NCBI GenBank assembly: GCA_040755395.1
Contig: JBFMAX010000010.1
Location: 26,136-90,135 of the forward strand
Direction of reading: 5' to 3'
Length of the DNA stretch: 64,000 nucleotides
DNA from: Nitrospirota bacterium
Lineage (GTDB): Bacteria > Nitrospirota > Nitrospiria > Nitrospirales > Nitrospiraceae
Under the pieces are notes generated by a model. The model worked only from the letters and a program-made list of their open reading frames with translations. It made no database searches and was not told where the DNA came from. Below, piece after piece: positions 19,222 to 27,120 of the stretch; position 1 is the first letter of the stretch; each line of letters starts with the position of its first letter. Position numbers and translations under genes: made by a program.

Positions 19222-19608
19222 TCACCACGGCTGAACGCCGCCTCCCTCCGAGACCCAATAGACCGCGATCTTCTGCCGGGCGCAGAAGGCCTGAAGCCCA
19301 TCCATGCGCTCACGGTAGTTGCGAGTGTCGGGCAAAGCGACCGCGACGTCGTCGCGGTTTTGGGGATTCTCTGTCTGCTTGATCGCGTTGAACAGCGCGT
19401 ACGAGACATTGCGCCAGGCGCGATCCCATTGGTTGGCTGCCTCAGTCTCACCCTTGCACTCCACGACGAGGCGCTTACCTGGTTTCGAGTTAAGGGCTTC
19501 AACATCAAAGCCCCTTCGCATGCCTAGGCGCGGCGGCGCGACATCGAAATCGCCGTGCTTGAGCCATGTCGCGATCGCGTTCTTCACCTGGTCTTCCGTG
19601 ATCGGCAT
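19222..19608 (-). CDS. Small hypothetical protein with a PD-(D/E)xK-like motif (cassette gene)
   Basis: AGGAGG lies 6 nt before ATG 19608. MPITEDQVKNAIATWLKHGDFDV...GFDVEAL...RLVVECKGE. The D...E.K arrangement resembles a restriction-endonuclease fold. Confidence 0.5.
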   Translation of the reverse strand: MPITEDQVKNAIATWLKHGDFDVAPPRLGMRRGFDVEALNSKPGKRLVVECKGETEAANQWDRAWRNVSYALFNAIKQTENPQNRDDVAVALPDTRNYRERMDGLQAFCARQKIAVYWVSEGGGVQPW

Positions 19609-19725
19609 CGCGAGCCTCCTATTCGAACAAGGGGTGAGTATGAAGCCCACAGGGACGGTCAGCAGCGTGAAAATGACGCTCAAAAGGCCACGGGATGATT
19701 CTGCATGACATTCCTCCTCTGTGGA

Positions 19726-19806
19726 GCCTAACGCTCCGCATGAACGGCCGAGCAGTAGCGAGGTTCGGCGCCACCTAGTGGCGCGAATTCGATGCGGTTG
19801 TTGGGC
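19726..19806 (-). mobile_element. attC-like integron recombination site (81 nt)
   Basis: On the minus strand: R'' GCCCAAC, L'' ccgcatCgaa, a structured spacer (GCGCCAC-tag-GTGGCGC), L' ttcatgcgg, R' GTTAGGC. One extrahelical base is present. The site starts 6 nt after the upstream stop codon. Confidence 0.6.
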
Positions 19807-19812
19807 TGTCGT

Positions 19813-20704
19813 CTACTCATGAACAATAGAGTCCAAAGAGAAGACATCTCCGCTCTCGCGTACCCAGTACTCTCTGCCACGGCGGATGGTCATGTCTGGC
19901 ACAGGCACAAGCGCTCTTGGATTGTGAATCAGGATGAAGTCGTCGCCCAACCGACGCGCCGGATTACCCGCATCTACATGCGAATAGAGAACCGCACTTA
20001 GGCGCCGATAACGGTCCTGAAAGAATACGTCCGTTTCGATTTCGGCGCCTTTCTTTCGCTCCACCGCGCGGCGATACTGATAGCTCGTTTCCGTGGGGAC
20101 GCTAGGGTCACGATGGAAGGTGACTTGCATGTCGCCGATAGGAAGAACAGCCCGTATGATTCGCGGAACCTCTCTCTAACCGTGCGTGCGGTATCTGACA
20201 ACCGTTTACCGCGACAATCCATGCGGAGTCGTTCGAAACGATCCCCTGGGCGGTGTACTTATCGAAGGCTCTAACCTTCGTCTCGATCGCGTGCCGTAGT
20301 CGCATGATGACCTCGTCGTCCGGAACACGTGTTGCCACCGGGGCACCAAAGTTGTAATCAGGTACGCGGTCAGGATTCTCATCAGAGCCCTGTGTGGGGC
20401 AAATGGCTTCGACCCAGATCGTTGTTTCTCCTAGGGACAGAAGGACGTCCGGCCCCGGTTTCGGGCAGGACACCGGGAGGCCAAGATCGAGTAAGGCGCA
20501 CGTGAGGTACATCTCCCAGAAGCGCTCGTCGAAAGCGCTCTGGATCTCCGTACGGAAGTGCCGGTCAGCATAGGGTCGATACGTTCGCCAGAGGCCCTCA
20601 GTCAGCTCCCGGGCAGCCATGGCAGGTTCAGATTCGCCGACACGAATATTGACGTAAGCCGGATCAGAGGCATCTGCGTCGGAGATGAAGAGTGGCTCAG
20701 TCAT
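19813..20704 (-). pseudogene. Frameshifted hypothetical cassette gene (~295 codons in two frames)
   Basis: Track ORFs 20108..20719 and 19813..20130 overlap and are collinear. The frame switches near the (ag)4 run at ~20170-20177. No family was recognised. Confidence 0.45.
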
Positions 20705-20710
20705 GAACCA

Positions 20711-20772
20711 GCCTAACACTGAAGCTCAGCCGTGCCCTGTCTTTGCGCGTCGGCTGCAGCGTTAGGTTAGGC
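20711..20772 (-). mobile_element. attC-like integron recombination site (62 nt)
   Basis: On the minus strand: R'' GCCTAAC (contains the DUF2442 TAA stop), L'' gctGcagccg, spacer, L' cggctgagc, R' GTTAGGC. The next ORF's ATG follows 6 nt later. R''/R' fit RYYYAAC/GTTRRRY and are perfectly complementary. Confidence 0.65.
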
Positions 20773-21012
20773 AGTCACACGGACAGTGTCGTGCAGGAAC
20801 TCGTGGGCAAAGTCCGCTCCGTTCGGCCAGACCAGGGTGTGAAACTCGGGATCCACACGAAACCGTTTGAACTGTTCGAGATCCCTGAGCGGCTCAAACA
20901 CTGGTCCTGTGAGTTCGGGTCCTAAATCGATTTCCCCCTCGGTTCCATCACGAAATTTCAACTTGACGACATAGCCTGATACGTACCGAGCTTCTATGAC
21001 GTGGTAGTCCAT
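20767..21012 (-). CDS. DUF2442-domain protein
   Basis: MDYHVIEARYVSGYVVKLKFRDGTEGEIDL...VWPNGADF. The usual partner of DUF4160. Confidence 0.75.
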   Translation of the reverse strand: MDYHVIEARYVSGYVVKLKFRDGTEGEIDLGPELTGPVFEPLRDLEQFKRFRVDPEFHTLVWPNGADFAHEFLHDTVRVTA

Positions 21013-21021
21013 GGCTTTCTC

Positions 21022-21144
21022 CTACTCCAGCGGCGGAATCCTCTTCAAGGGGTGGTGCTGCCGAGCAAGCTCCCAGTTTTCCAGCAGTTCACTTTTGCGA
21101 AGCTCATGCCGCTCTCGGACCAGCGCCAGCGCACGCCTGGGAAG
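21022..21144 (-). pseudogene. 5'-truncated DUF4160 remnant
   Basis: Only LPRRALALVRERHELRKSELLENWELARQHHPLKRIPPLE resembles the DUF4160 C-terminus. No PPHFH-type N-terminus exists in any frame. Upstream sequence is occupied by the end of ORF 21221..21949. Confidence 0.4.
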
Positions 21145-21220
21145 CTGGCCTGGGGGAACAAAAGGGGGCAGACCTCCGCGCGCGGGACGCGACCGCTGCA
21201 CGCCGAGGTTCGGCGCGTCG

Positions 21221-21949
21221 TCACTTGCACCCGCCCCAGCCCTGGATCGTCGTGAACGTTCTGCGCTCCCCCACCAGACCAAAGCTCACCTGATAATAGA
21301 AGGGCGGCACATACAGCGGGCTAGGCCGATCGGCGTAGAACACGAGCGTCTCCCGGTTGCCGTCTCGCTCGCGCCGAACGAGGACCTTCTCGATAAAGGT
21401 GGTCATCAAGCGTTCCGGGAACCAGCGGAGCCCAGCGACTACCTCCCGCTCCGGCGTGCCCTTCCGGAGCACCGCGTCAAGCTCGATTCGGCGCGGTGGA
21501 TTGCAACCCCGGGCGAACCAGGCATCGGCCTGCGCCAGCGTTTCGCGGACTGGCAGCCGGGTGCCGGTGACTGGGTGGACGAAACTCCAGTCATCGAGCC
21601 GCGCGGTATCGTCGAGCCAGACCTTCAGCATCACCGCGGGGATATCCAGACCATGAGCCCCTGCACGGATCGGATACCACCAGTCCACCGAGACTCGACT
21701 CTCGGCGGTAAATGGCGGCTGCCCGAGGCGCCCTTCGACCTCCTCCGGGGTGCTCGTGGCGGTGATCCAGCCCACGTCCAGCCGCATCCGATCGACCTCC
21801 GGCAGGGGAGCGACGCTACGGTCAGTGCACGTGCCAGTTACGGAGGCGACGGCGACTACTAGCGGTATGACGACCAGCGCAACGCCCCGAACGGCCCTCA
21901 AGGTCGGGCCCTCCCGAAGCCCATATCCTACGCCAAATTTATCGCTCAT
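21221..21949 (-). CDS. Hypothetical exported or membrane-anchored protein (242 aa)
   Basis: N-terminal hydrophobic segment VALVVIPLVVAVASVTGTC. No family was recognised. It shares the 13-mer cgaggttcggcgc (21203-21215) with attC 19726-19806. Confidence 0.45.
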   Translation of the reverse strand: MSDKFGVGYGLREGPTLRAVRGVALVVIPLVVAVASVTGTCTDRSVAPLPEVDRMRLDVGWITATSTPEEVEGRLGQPPFTAESRVSVDWWYPIRAGAHGLDIPAVMLKVWLDDTARLDDWSFVHPVTGTRLPVRETLAQADAWFARGCNPPRRIELDAVLRKGTPEREVVAGLRWFPERLMTTFIEKVLVRRERDGNRETLVFYADRPSPLYVPPFYYQVSFGLVGERRTFTTIQGWGGCK

Positions 21950-22105
21950 CAGCCGAACTATTAAGTCTGCTGCAGGCTACCCGCGCAGCATAGCATGGGA
22001 ACCTCAGCGCTCCACTGGAAGGCAAGTCTACTGAACAATCAAACGCTTCTTCAAGATTTCATCCTGCTTCGCCCACCGGGATAGACTGCGAATCCCGCAG
22101 ACATA

Positions 22106-22164
22106 GAAACAGGGACAGGCTACTTTTCGCGAGCAGTTGTATCAACTCGGAGTCGGCGGGAAAG
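22106..22164 (-). promoter_or_regulatory. Copy A of a 59-nt repeated promoter-like module
   Basis: Minus strand TTGATA-17 nt-TAGCCT. About 80% identical to 24315-24373. Lies ~160 nt upstream of ORF 21221..21949. Confidence 0.45.
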
Positions 22165-22329
22165 GATGGGAAAGGACACCAAGACGGTCGGGAAGGGGCT
22201 TCCGCGATGATGACGCTGTTGTCGTAGCGAGGACGGCGCCTCGCTCGTTTAGTAAAAAACATGCCTGGAATGCCCCATGTTTGTCGAGGCGCTTTGTACG
22301 TGGACATGGTGGTGAGCGTGAGTTGACGC

Positions 22330-24150
22330 TTACATGCGAGCCAACACTTCTCGGACCTTGCCCGCCAAGGTTCTGGACGTAAAGGGTTTCTGAAGAAAGT
22401 TCACGTCCGACGAGATCACCCCTCGAGGCCCCAGCACATCATCCGGGTAGCCCGACATATAAAGCACCCTGATCTCTGGTCGAAGCGACTTGACGTGCCG
22501 GCCCAGCTCCGGACCGTGCATCCCGGGCATGATCACGTCGCTGAGCAGCAGATGGAGCGGGCCTCGATAGGTGTCGAGGATCTGCAACGCCTCAAGGCCG
22601 TTGGCGGCTTCAAGCACGCGATAACCATGGCGTTCCAGAGACTCACGCGCAATCGCTCTGATCGTCGCTTCGTCTTCCACGAGGAGGACGGTTTCCGTGC
22701 CTCGGTCTGGAACGGCAGCCAGTTGGTCTCTTGCAGGCGTTTCCTGTGCCGTCTTGCTCGATTGTGGAAAATAGATCTTGAAGGTCGTCCCTTGACCGAG
22801 CGCGGTCTCCACCGCCACGTAGCCCTTGTTCTGTTTCACGATCCCGTACACTGTCGAAAGACCCAATCCAGTGCCCTTTCCGGGTCGTTTGGTGGTGAAA
22901 AAGGGCTCGAAGAGACGGACTTGGGTCTCGGAATCCATTCCCATTCCGGTGTCTTGTATCGACAGCATGACATGCGGGCCGACCTGACTCCCGGGGTGAC
23001 TTTGAGCGAACGCCGCATCCATGAGGACATTGGCGGTCGCAATGGTGAGTACGCCGCCCTGCGGCATAGCGTCCTGCGCATTAAGAACGAGGTTCATAAT
23101 AAGTTGATGCAATTGAGCGGGGTCCATTTGCACCTGCTGAAGATCCGGAGTGAGGTCCAGTCGCAATTCGATGTGTTCCCCTATCACCCGCCTGAGCATC
23201 TCGGCCATCTCTGTGACAACCGTGTTCAAATCGATGACGACGGGTTGAATGGTCTGTCGCCTACTGAAGGTGAGAAGACGACGAGTCAAAGCTGTAGCCC
23301 GCTCCCCCGCGCGTCGAATCTGGACGATTTTCGCCAGACGGGGATCGTCCGGATCGAACTCTATTTCCAAATCATCAGCGTATCCGTTGATGACCGTGAG
23401 AAGATTATTAAAGTCATGGGCGATGCCGCCTGCCAATTGACCGATGCCTTCCATTTTCTGCATGTGGCGAAGCTGTGCTTCCAATGCGCTTTCACGCTGG
23501 TGGCGGCGGTAACTATCATAAAGGGCCCCGACGGCCTGAGTCAGGAGCTCAAGCTGGGACAACTCCGTCCCCGTATATCCACCGGGCCGGTTGGCGACTC
23601 CGATCAGCCCCACGACTTCCGAGCCTCGCAACGTGGGCACGCCCAGGAAATGACGGAGAGGCGGATGACCGGGCGGAAGCCCGCCGGCCCGAGGATCGGC
23701 AGCCGGATCATTGGCAAGCACAGGCTGACCGCTTGTGATGGCCAAGCCAAACAAATTATCAAAGCGGGTGAATTCCAAATACCCGACCGCTTGATACGCG
23801 CGCAGAGCCGTCTCATAGAATTCCCTGTTGACGGTCTGATCCCAGACGATCCCTTCGTGGGCAAGGATCCGTAACACCGGACCCTCCACAACGACCCCTA
23901 TAAATCCGTACTCACTGGCGGTCTGTTCCAACACCACGCGCAGGAGGCAGGCGCTCGCCTCTCGCCAGTTTCCACTGCCGAGAAAGGTCAGCATAGTCCT
24001 ATGGATCGCTTCCAGTTGTGTGGTTTTACTCTGAAGCGCCTCCTCTGCTTGCCGATGCGCCGCTTCCGCTCGTTCGAGTTGGCGACAACGTTCACGCAAG
24101 CGAGTCAGTTCCTCGATCAACGCTTCTCTTGTTAACTCGTCATCGACCAT
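22330..24150 (-). CDS. Hybrid sensor histidine kinase (coiled coil-GAF-HisKA-HATPase-REC)
   Basis: GGGAGG lies before ATG 24150 (MVDDELTREALIEEL). H-box GGIAHDFNNLL, N-box NLVLNAQDAM, G-boxes DTGMGM and GKGTGLGLS. C-terminal receiver VLLVEDE...LLLSDVIMPGM. Confidence 0.85.
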   Translation of the reverse strand: MVDDELTREALIEELTRLRERCRQLERAEAAHRQAEEALQSKTTQLEAIHRTMLTFLGSGNWREASACLLRVVLEQTASEYGFIGVVVEGPVLRILAHEGIVWDQTVNREFYETALRAYQAVGYLEFTRFDNLFGLAITSGQPVLANDPAADPRAGGLPPGHPPLRHFLGVPTLRGSEVVGLIGVANRPGGYTGTELSQLELLTQAVGALYDSYRRHQRESALEAQLRHMQKMEGIGQLAGGIAHDFNNLLTVINGYADDLEIEFDPDDPRLAKIVQIRRAGERATALTRRLLTFSRRQTIQPVVIDLNTVVTEMAEMLRRVIGEHIELRLDLTPDLQQVQMDPAQLHQLIMNLVLNAQDAMPQGGVLTIATANVLMDAAFAQSHPGSQVGPHVMLSIQDTGMGMDSETQVRLFEPFFTTKRPGKGTGLGLSTVYGIVKQNKGYVAVETALGQGTTFKIYFPQSSKTAQETPARDQLAAVPDRGTETVLLVEDEATIRAIARESLERHGYRVLEAANGLEALQILDTYRGPLHLLLSDVIMPGMHGPELGRHVKSLRPEIRVLYMSGYPDDVLGPRGVISSDVNFLQKPFTSRTLAGKVREVLARM

Positions 24151-24314
24151 GGGCCTCCCTCTGAAGTTGAAGCGACCGGCAGCTTGTTGCCGTACAATTG
24201 CCGACTCTTGAGTAGAATGAGTTCTTTTCCAACCATCGGAGCATACGTTATCTCGTTCGTGAAATCGAGAGGGAGGGGTTGCGAGCGCTTCCGCCGAGCG
24301 GCTTCTGAGGCCGC

Positions 24315-24373
24315 GAAACAGGGACAGGCTACTTTTTGTAAGTAGTTGTGTCAACTCGGTATCGACTGGAAAG
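24315..24373 (-). promoter_or_regulatory. Copy B of the 59-nt repeated promoter-like module
   Basis: Minus strand TTGACA-17 nt-TAGCCT. Contains the palindromes ctactttttgtaagtag and agttgtgtcaact. Lies ~170 nt upstream of the kinase ATG. Confidence 0.45.
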
Positions 24374-24431
24374 TATTTTCATGCACTCCACAAAAGGGTT
24401 GGTGGGGCCTGCGTCGCGAATTGTGCGGATT

Positions 24432-24569
24432 CACCCGTTGCTCTACGCGATGCAACGGGTGCCCGGCTCCGTACTTGCCGAGTAAATGCTGTCCGCTCAA
24501 GCGGACGCCGAGGACTGTTCGCAGTTCCATTCGAGCCGGGGACCCGTTGCGTTCAAATTTGCGACGGGT
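24432..24569. repeat. Two paralogous 10-bp-stem hairpins in a ~500-nt non-coding region
   Basis: First hairpin: cacccgttgc-tctacgcgat-gcaacgggtg (24432-24461). Second hairpin: acccgttgc-gttcaaattt-gcgacgggt (24542-24569). Both loops are 10 nt. Confidence 0.5.
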
Positions 24570-24665
24570 GGACGGAATGGAACAAGTTCCGCAGGCGAGC
24601 AGATAGGAGGCTTAGTACGGTTGCCCCGGAGCACTGAGCAGCACGGAACCCGCCAGCCTTTTTGG

Positions 24666-25652
24666 TTATTCTTTCGCCGGAACGGCTACGGAGGCGGGTG
24701 TCGCTTCGGGAGCGGCGCCGTTGCGGGGGAACGGGAGATCGAGGAGGGCGTAGGGATTGACCCGCGCGCCGTTGAGCTTGACGCCCCAATGGAGATGCGG
24801 TCCGGTCGCGCGGCCGGTGGCGCCGACCTTCCCGATCACCTGGCCGGCTCTTACCAGATCGCCGTCACGCACGAGCACTTCCGAGAGGTGGAAGTACATG
24901 GAATACAGCCCCAGTCCATGATCGAGAAAGATGCCCTTGCCGGAAAAGAAATGATCGACCGTAAGGCGAACGACCCCGTCATTGCTTGCCACGACCTCCG
25001 TGCCCAGCGGCGCGCCGATGTCTTCGCCGTTGTGCGGACTGCGCGGTTGCCCGTTGAGCACCCGCACGCTGCCGAACACCCCGGTCTTCGATCCCCGCAC
25101 CGGCTCAATGAAAGAGGCCTGCCACAGCCGGAGCCGGGAATCCTGGGCCAACGCGGTTCGAATCTGCTCCTGCTCGGCCTTCCAGCGGGCCAAGGCCTTT
25201 TCATCCAGGTCCACCTTGTCCTTGGGCAACTTCAGATACTCGACCGAGAATTTTTCCTTGATGACCAGGACGTTGTAGCTTAATCGGCGCGCCTGCTCGC
25301 CGGATCGAACCTCCACCGCCAGTTCATGCGTCCCCGGTTCATCCTGCATGTCGATGCCCAGCAATCCCACATAACCGGGAGGCTCGCCCGGCCGCGGTTC
25401 GAGGAAGAAGGGAACGCGGCGCCCGAGGAACGTTCCTTCCACGTCGGTGATTCCTTCTCCCGCAGGCACCTTCACGACGATGACTTGCCCCTGCTTACCG
25501 CTGTACTGGCCGTCCGATCCTTTCTGCGGCGCGGGCGTGTTCGGCAACAACTCCACCGGAAACACGCTGGCCAGCAGGATAATAGAGGTCACGGCCAGGC
25601 GGTCGGCCCGCGACATGCCTTTCGCATGTTGCCGTGACGTATCGGTAGTCAT
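24666..25652 (-). CDS. M23-family metallopeptidase
   Basis: PHNGEDIGAP ... MYFHLSEVLV ... GATGRATGPHLHWGV (H...D and H.H motifs). ATG 25652 overlaps the pafA stop (ATGA). The track ORF extension to 26180 is an out-of-frame shadow of pafA. Confidence 0.85.
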   Translation of the reverse strand: MTTDTSRQHAKGMSRADRLAVTSIILLASVFPVELLPNTPAPQKGSDGQYSGKQGQVIVVKVPAGEGITDVEGTFLGRRVPFFLEPRPGEPPGYVGLLGIDMQDEPGTHELAVEVRSGEQARRLSYNVLVIKEKFSVEYLKLPKDKVDLDEKALARWKAEQEQIRTALAQDSRLRLWQASFIEPVRGSKTGVFGSVRVLNGQPRSPHNGEDIGAPLGTEVVASNDGVVRLTVDHFFSGKGIFLDHGLGLYSMYFHLSEVLVRDGDLVRAGQVIGKVGATGRATGPHLHWGVKLNGARVNPYALLDLPFPRNGAAPEATPASVAVPAKE

Positions 25653-27025
25653 CGATAGAACCGCAATCCGGCGACTTGCGAAACCAGTTCTTCCACACGG
25701 CGGTTCACCGCGCTGAAGGGGTCCATGCAGAGGATCGTTTCTTCCCAGTAGCCGTTCAGCTTCAGGTAGGTCCAGTCCACCGTGTAGGACCGATTCTTGG
25801 CCCGCGCAAAGCGGATGAAGTCCCCGCGCACTTTGGCGCGGGTCGTCTGGGGCGGCACGGACATGGCCCGCTGGACTGACTCTTCGTCCACGACCCGCTC
25901 GATCATGCCGCGCGACTCCATCAGATAGTACAACCCGCGCGTGCGCTTCACATCGTGGTACTGCAGGTCCATCAGAAACACGCGGGGATCGTCCCAGCCG
26001 CACCCCCTCTTGTCCACGTAGGATTGAATGAGGAGCTTCTTGCTCACCCAATCCACCTCGCGGGTCAACTGCATCGGGTCTTCTTCCAATCGATCCAGCA
26101 CGTTGCCCCAGCGGGCCAACACGTCGTCCATGGTCGCGTCGTGCGATTGTTCCTTCAGGTAATCGTGCGCTCGCTCCCAATAGACCCGCTGGATTTCCAC
26201 GGCGGTCATCTGCCGTCCGTCGTCCAGCTTGACCTTTTTCTTGAGCGTCGGATCGCGCGAGATTTCCCGGATCGCCTTGACCGGGTCTTCCAATTCCATG
26301 CCGCTCACCGCATAGCCGTCCTCCACCATCGACAGCACCAGCGCCGCGGTGCCCACCTTCAGGTAGGTCGTATATTCGGACATGTTGGAATCGCCGACGA
26401 TGATGTGCAACCGGCGATACTTTTCGGCGTCCGCATGCGGTTCATCGCGCGTGTTGATGATGCTGCGAGACGAGGTCGTCGATGACGAGGTCTTCTCATG
26501 GATATGCTGCGCGCGCTGGGAGATGAAGAACTGGGGCTTGCCGGACACCTTGAGCACCTTGCCGGCGCCCGAGTAGATCTGGCGCGTGACGAAAAACGGG
26601 ATCAACTGCTCGGTGACCTTCCAGAAATCGACGTCGCGCCGCATCAGGTAATTTTCATGGCAACCGTAGGTGTTGCCGAGCGAGTCGGTGTTGTTTTTGA
26701 AAATGTAGATTTCCCCGGACAGGCCCTCCTCTCTCAGCCGTTCCTCCGCCGCCGGGAGACAGGCTTCCAGCAGCCGTTCCCCTGCCTTGTCGTGCACCAC
26801 CAGGTCCAGGATGTTGTCGCATTCGGGGGTGGAGTACTCGGGATGGCAGCCGGTGTCCTGGTAGAAGCGGGCGCCGTTCACCAGAAAGGCGTTGGAGGGC
26901 CAGCTGTTGGGAATAAGGCCCTCGAAGATATAGCCGAGGACCTTTTCCATCGGAAGATAGATCCGGCCGTTCGGCGAGAAAATCAGCCCGTATTCGTTCT
27001 CGAGACCGAAGATCCGTTGTCTCAT
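25649..27025 (-). CDS. pafA: Pup/UBact--protein ligase PafA
   Basis: MRQRIFGLENEYG...SNAFLVNGARFYQDTGCHPEYSTPE. Lacks the Dop-specific loop. Last gene of the proteasome cluster, as in actinobacteria. Confidence 0.85.
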   Translation of the reverse strand: MRQRIFGLENEYGLIFSPNGRIYLPMEKVLGYIFEGLIPNSWPSNAFLVNGARFYQDTGCHPEYSTPECDNILDLVVHDKAGERLLEACLPAAEERLREEGLSGEIYIFKNNTDSLGNTYGCHENYLMRRDVDFWKVTEQLIPFFVTRQIYSGAGKVLKVSGKPQFFISQRAQHIHEKTSSSTTSSRSIINTRDEPHADAEKYRRLHIIVGDSNMSEYTTYLKVGTAALVLSMVEDGYAVSGMELEDPVKAIREISRDPTLKKKVKLDDGRQMTAVEIQRVYWERAHDYLKEQSHDATMDDVLARWGNVLDRLEEDPMQLTREVDWVSKKLLIQSYVDKRGCGWDDPRVFLMDLQYHDVKRTRGLYYLMESRGMIERVVDEESVQRAMSVPPQTTRAKVRGDFIRFARAKNRSYTVDWTYLKLNGYWEETILCMDPFSAVNRRVEELVSQVAGLRFYR

Positions 27026-27120
27026 GGCCGCCGCCCTGTCGGAACCCTCGCACACAGGATACACTGGCGGTCGGCCTTCTTCAACAGAAGGCGCTCATCG
27101 GGCCATCCGGGGAAGGCTCG

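Noticed and set aside
21011-21862. 283-aa plus-strand ORF across the islet
   Set aside because: It is antisense to DUF2442, the DUF4160 remnant and ORF 21221..21949. It has a low-complexity R/P/S-rich translation and no start context.
24666-26180. 504-aa version of the M23 peptidase ORF
   Set aside because: The N-terminal ~175 codons overlap pafA out of frame. A start at ATG 25652 gives a normal signal-anchored M23 protein and an ATGA overlap with the pafA stop.
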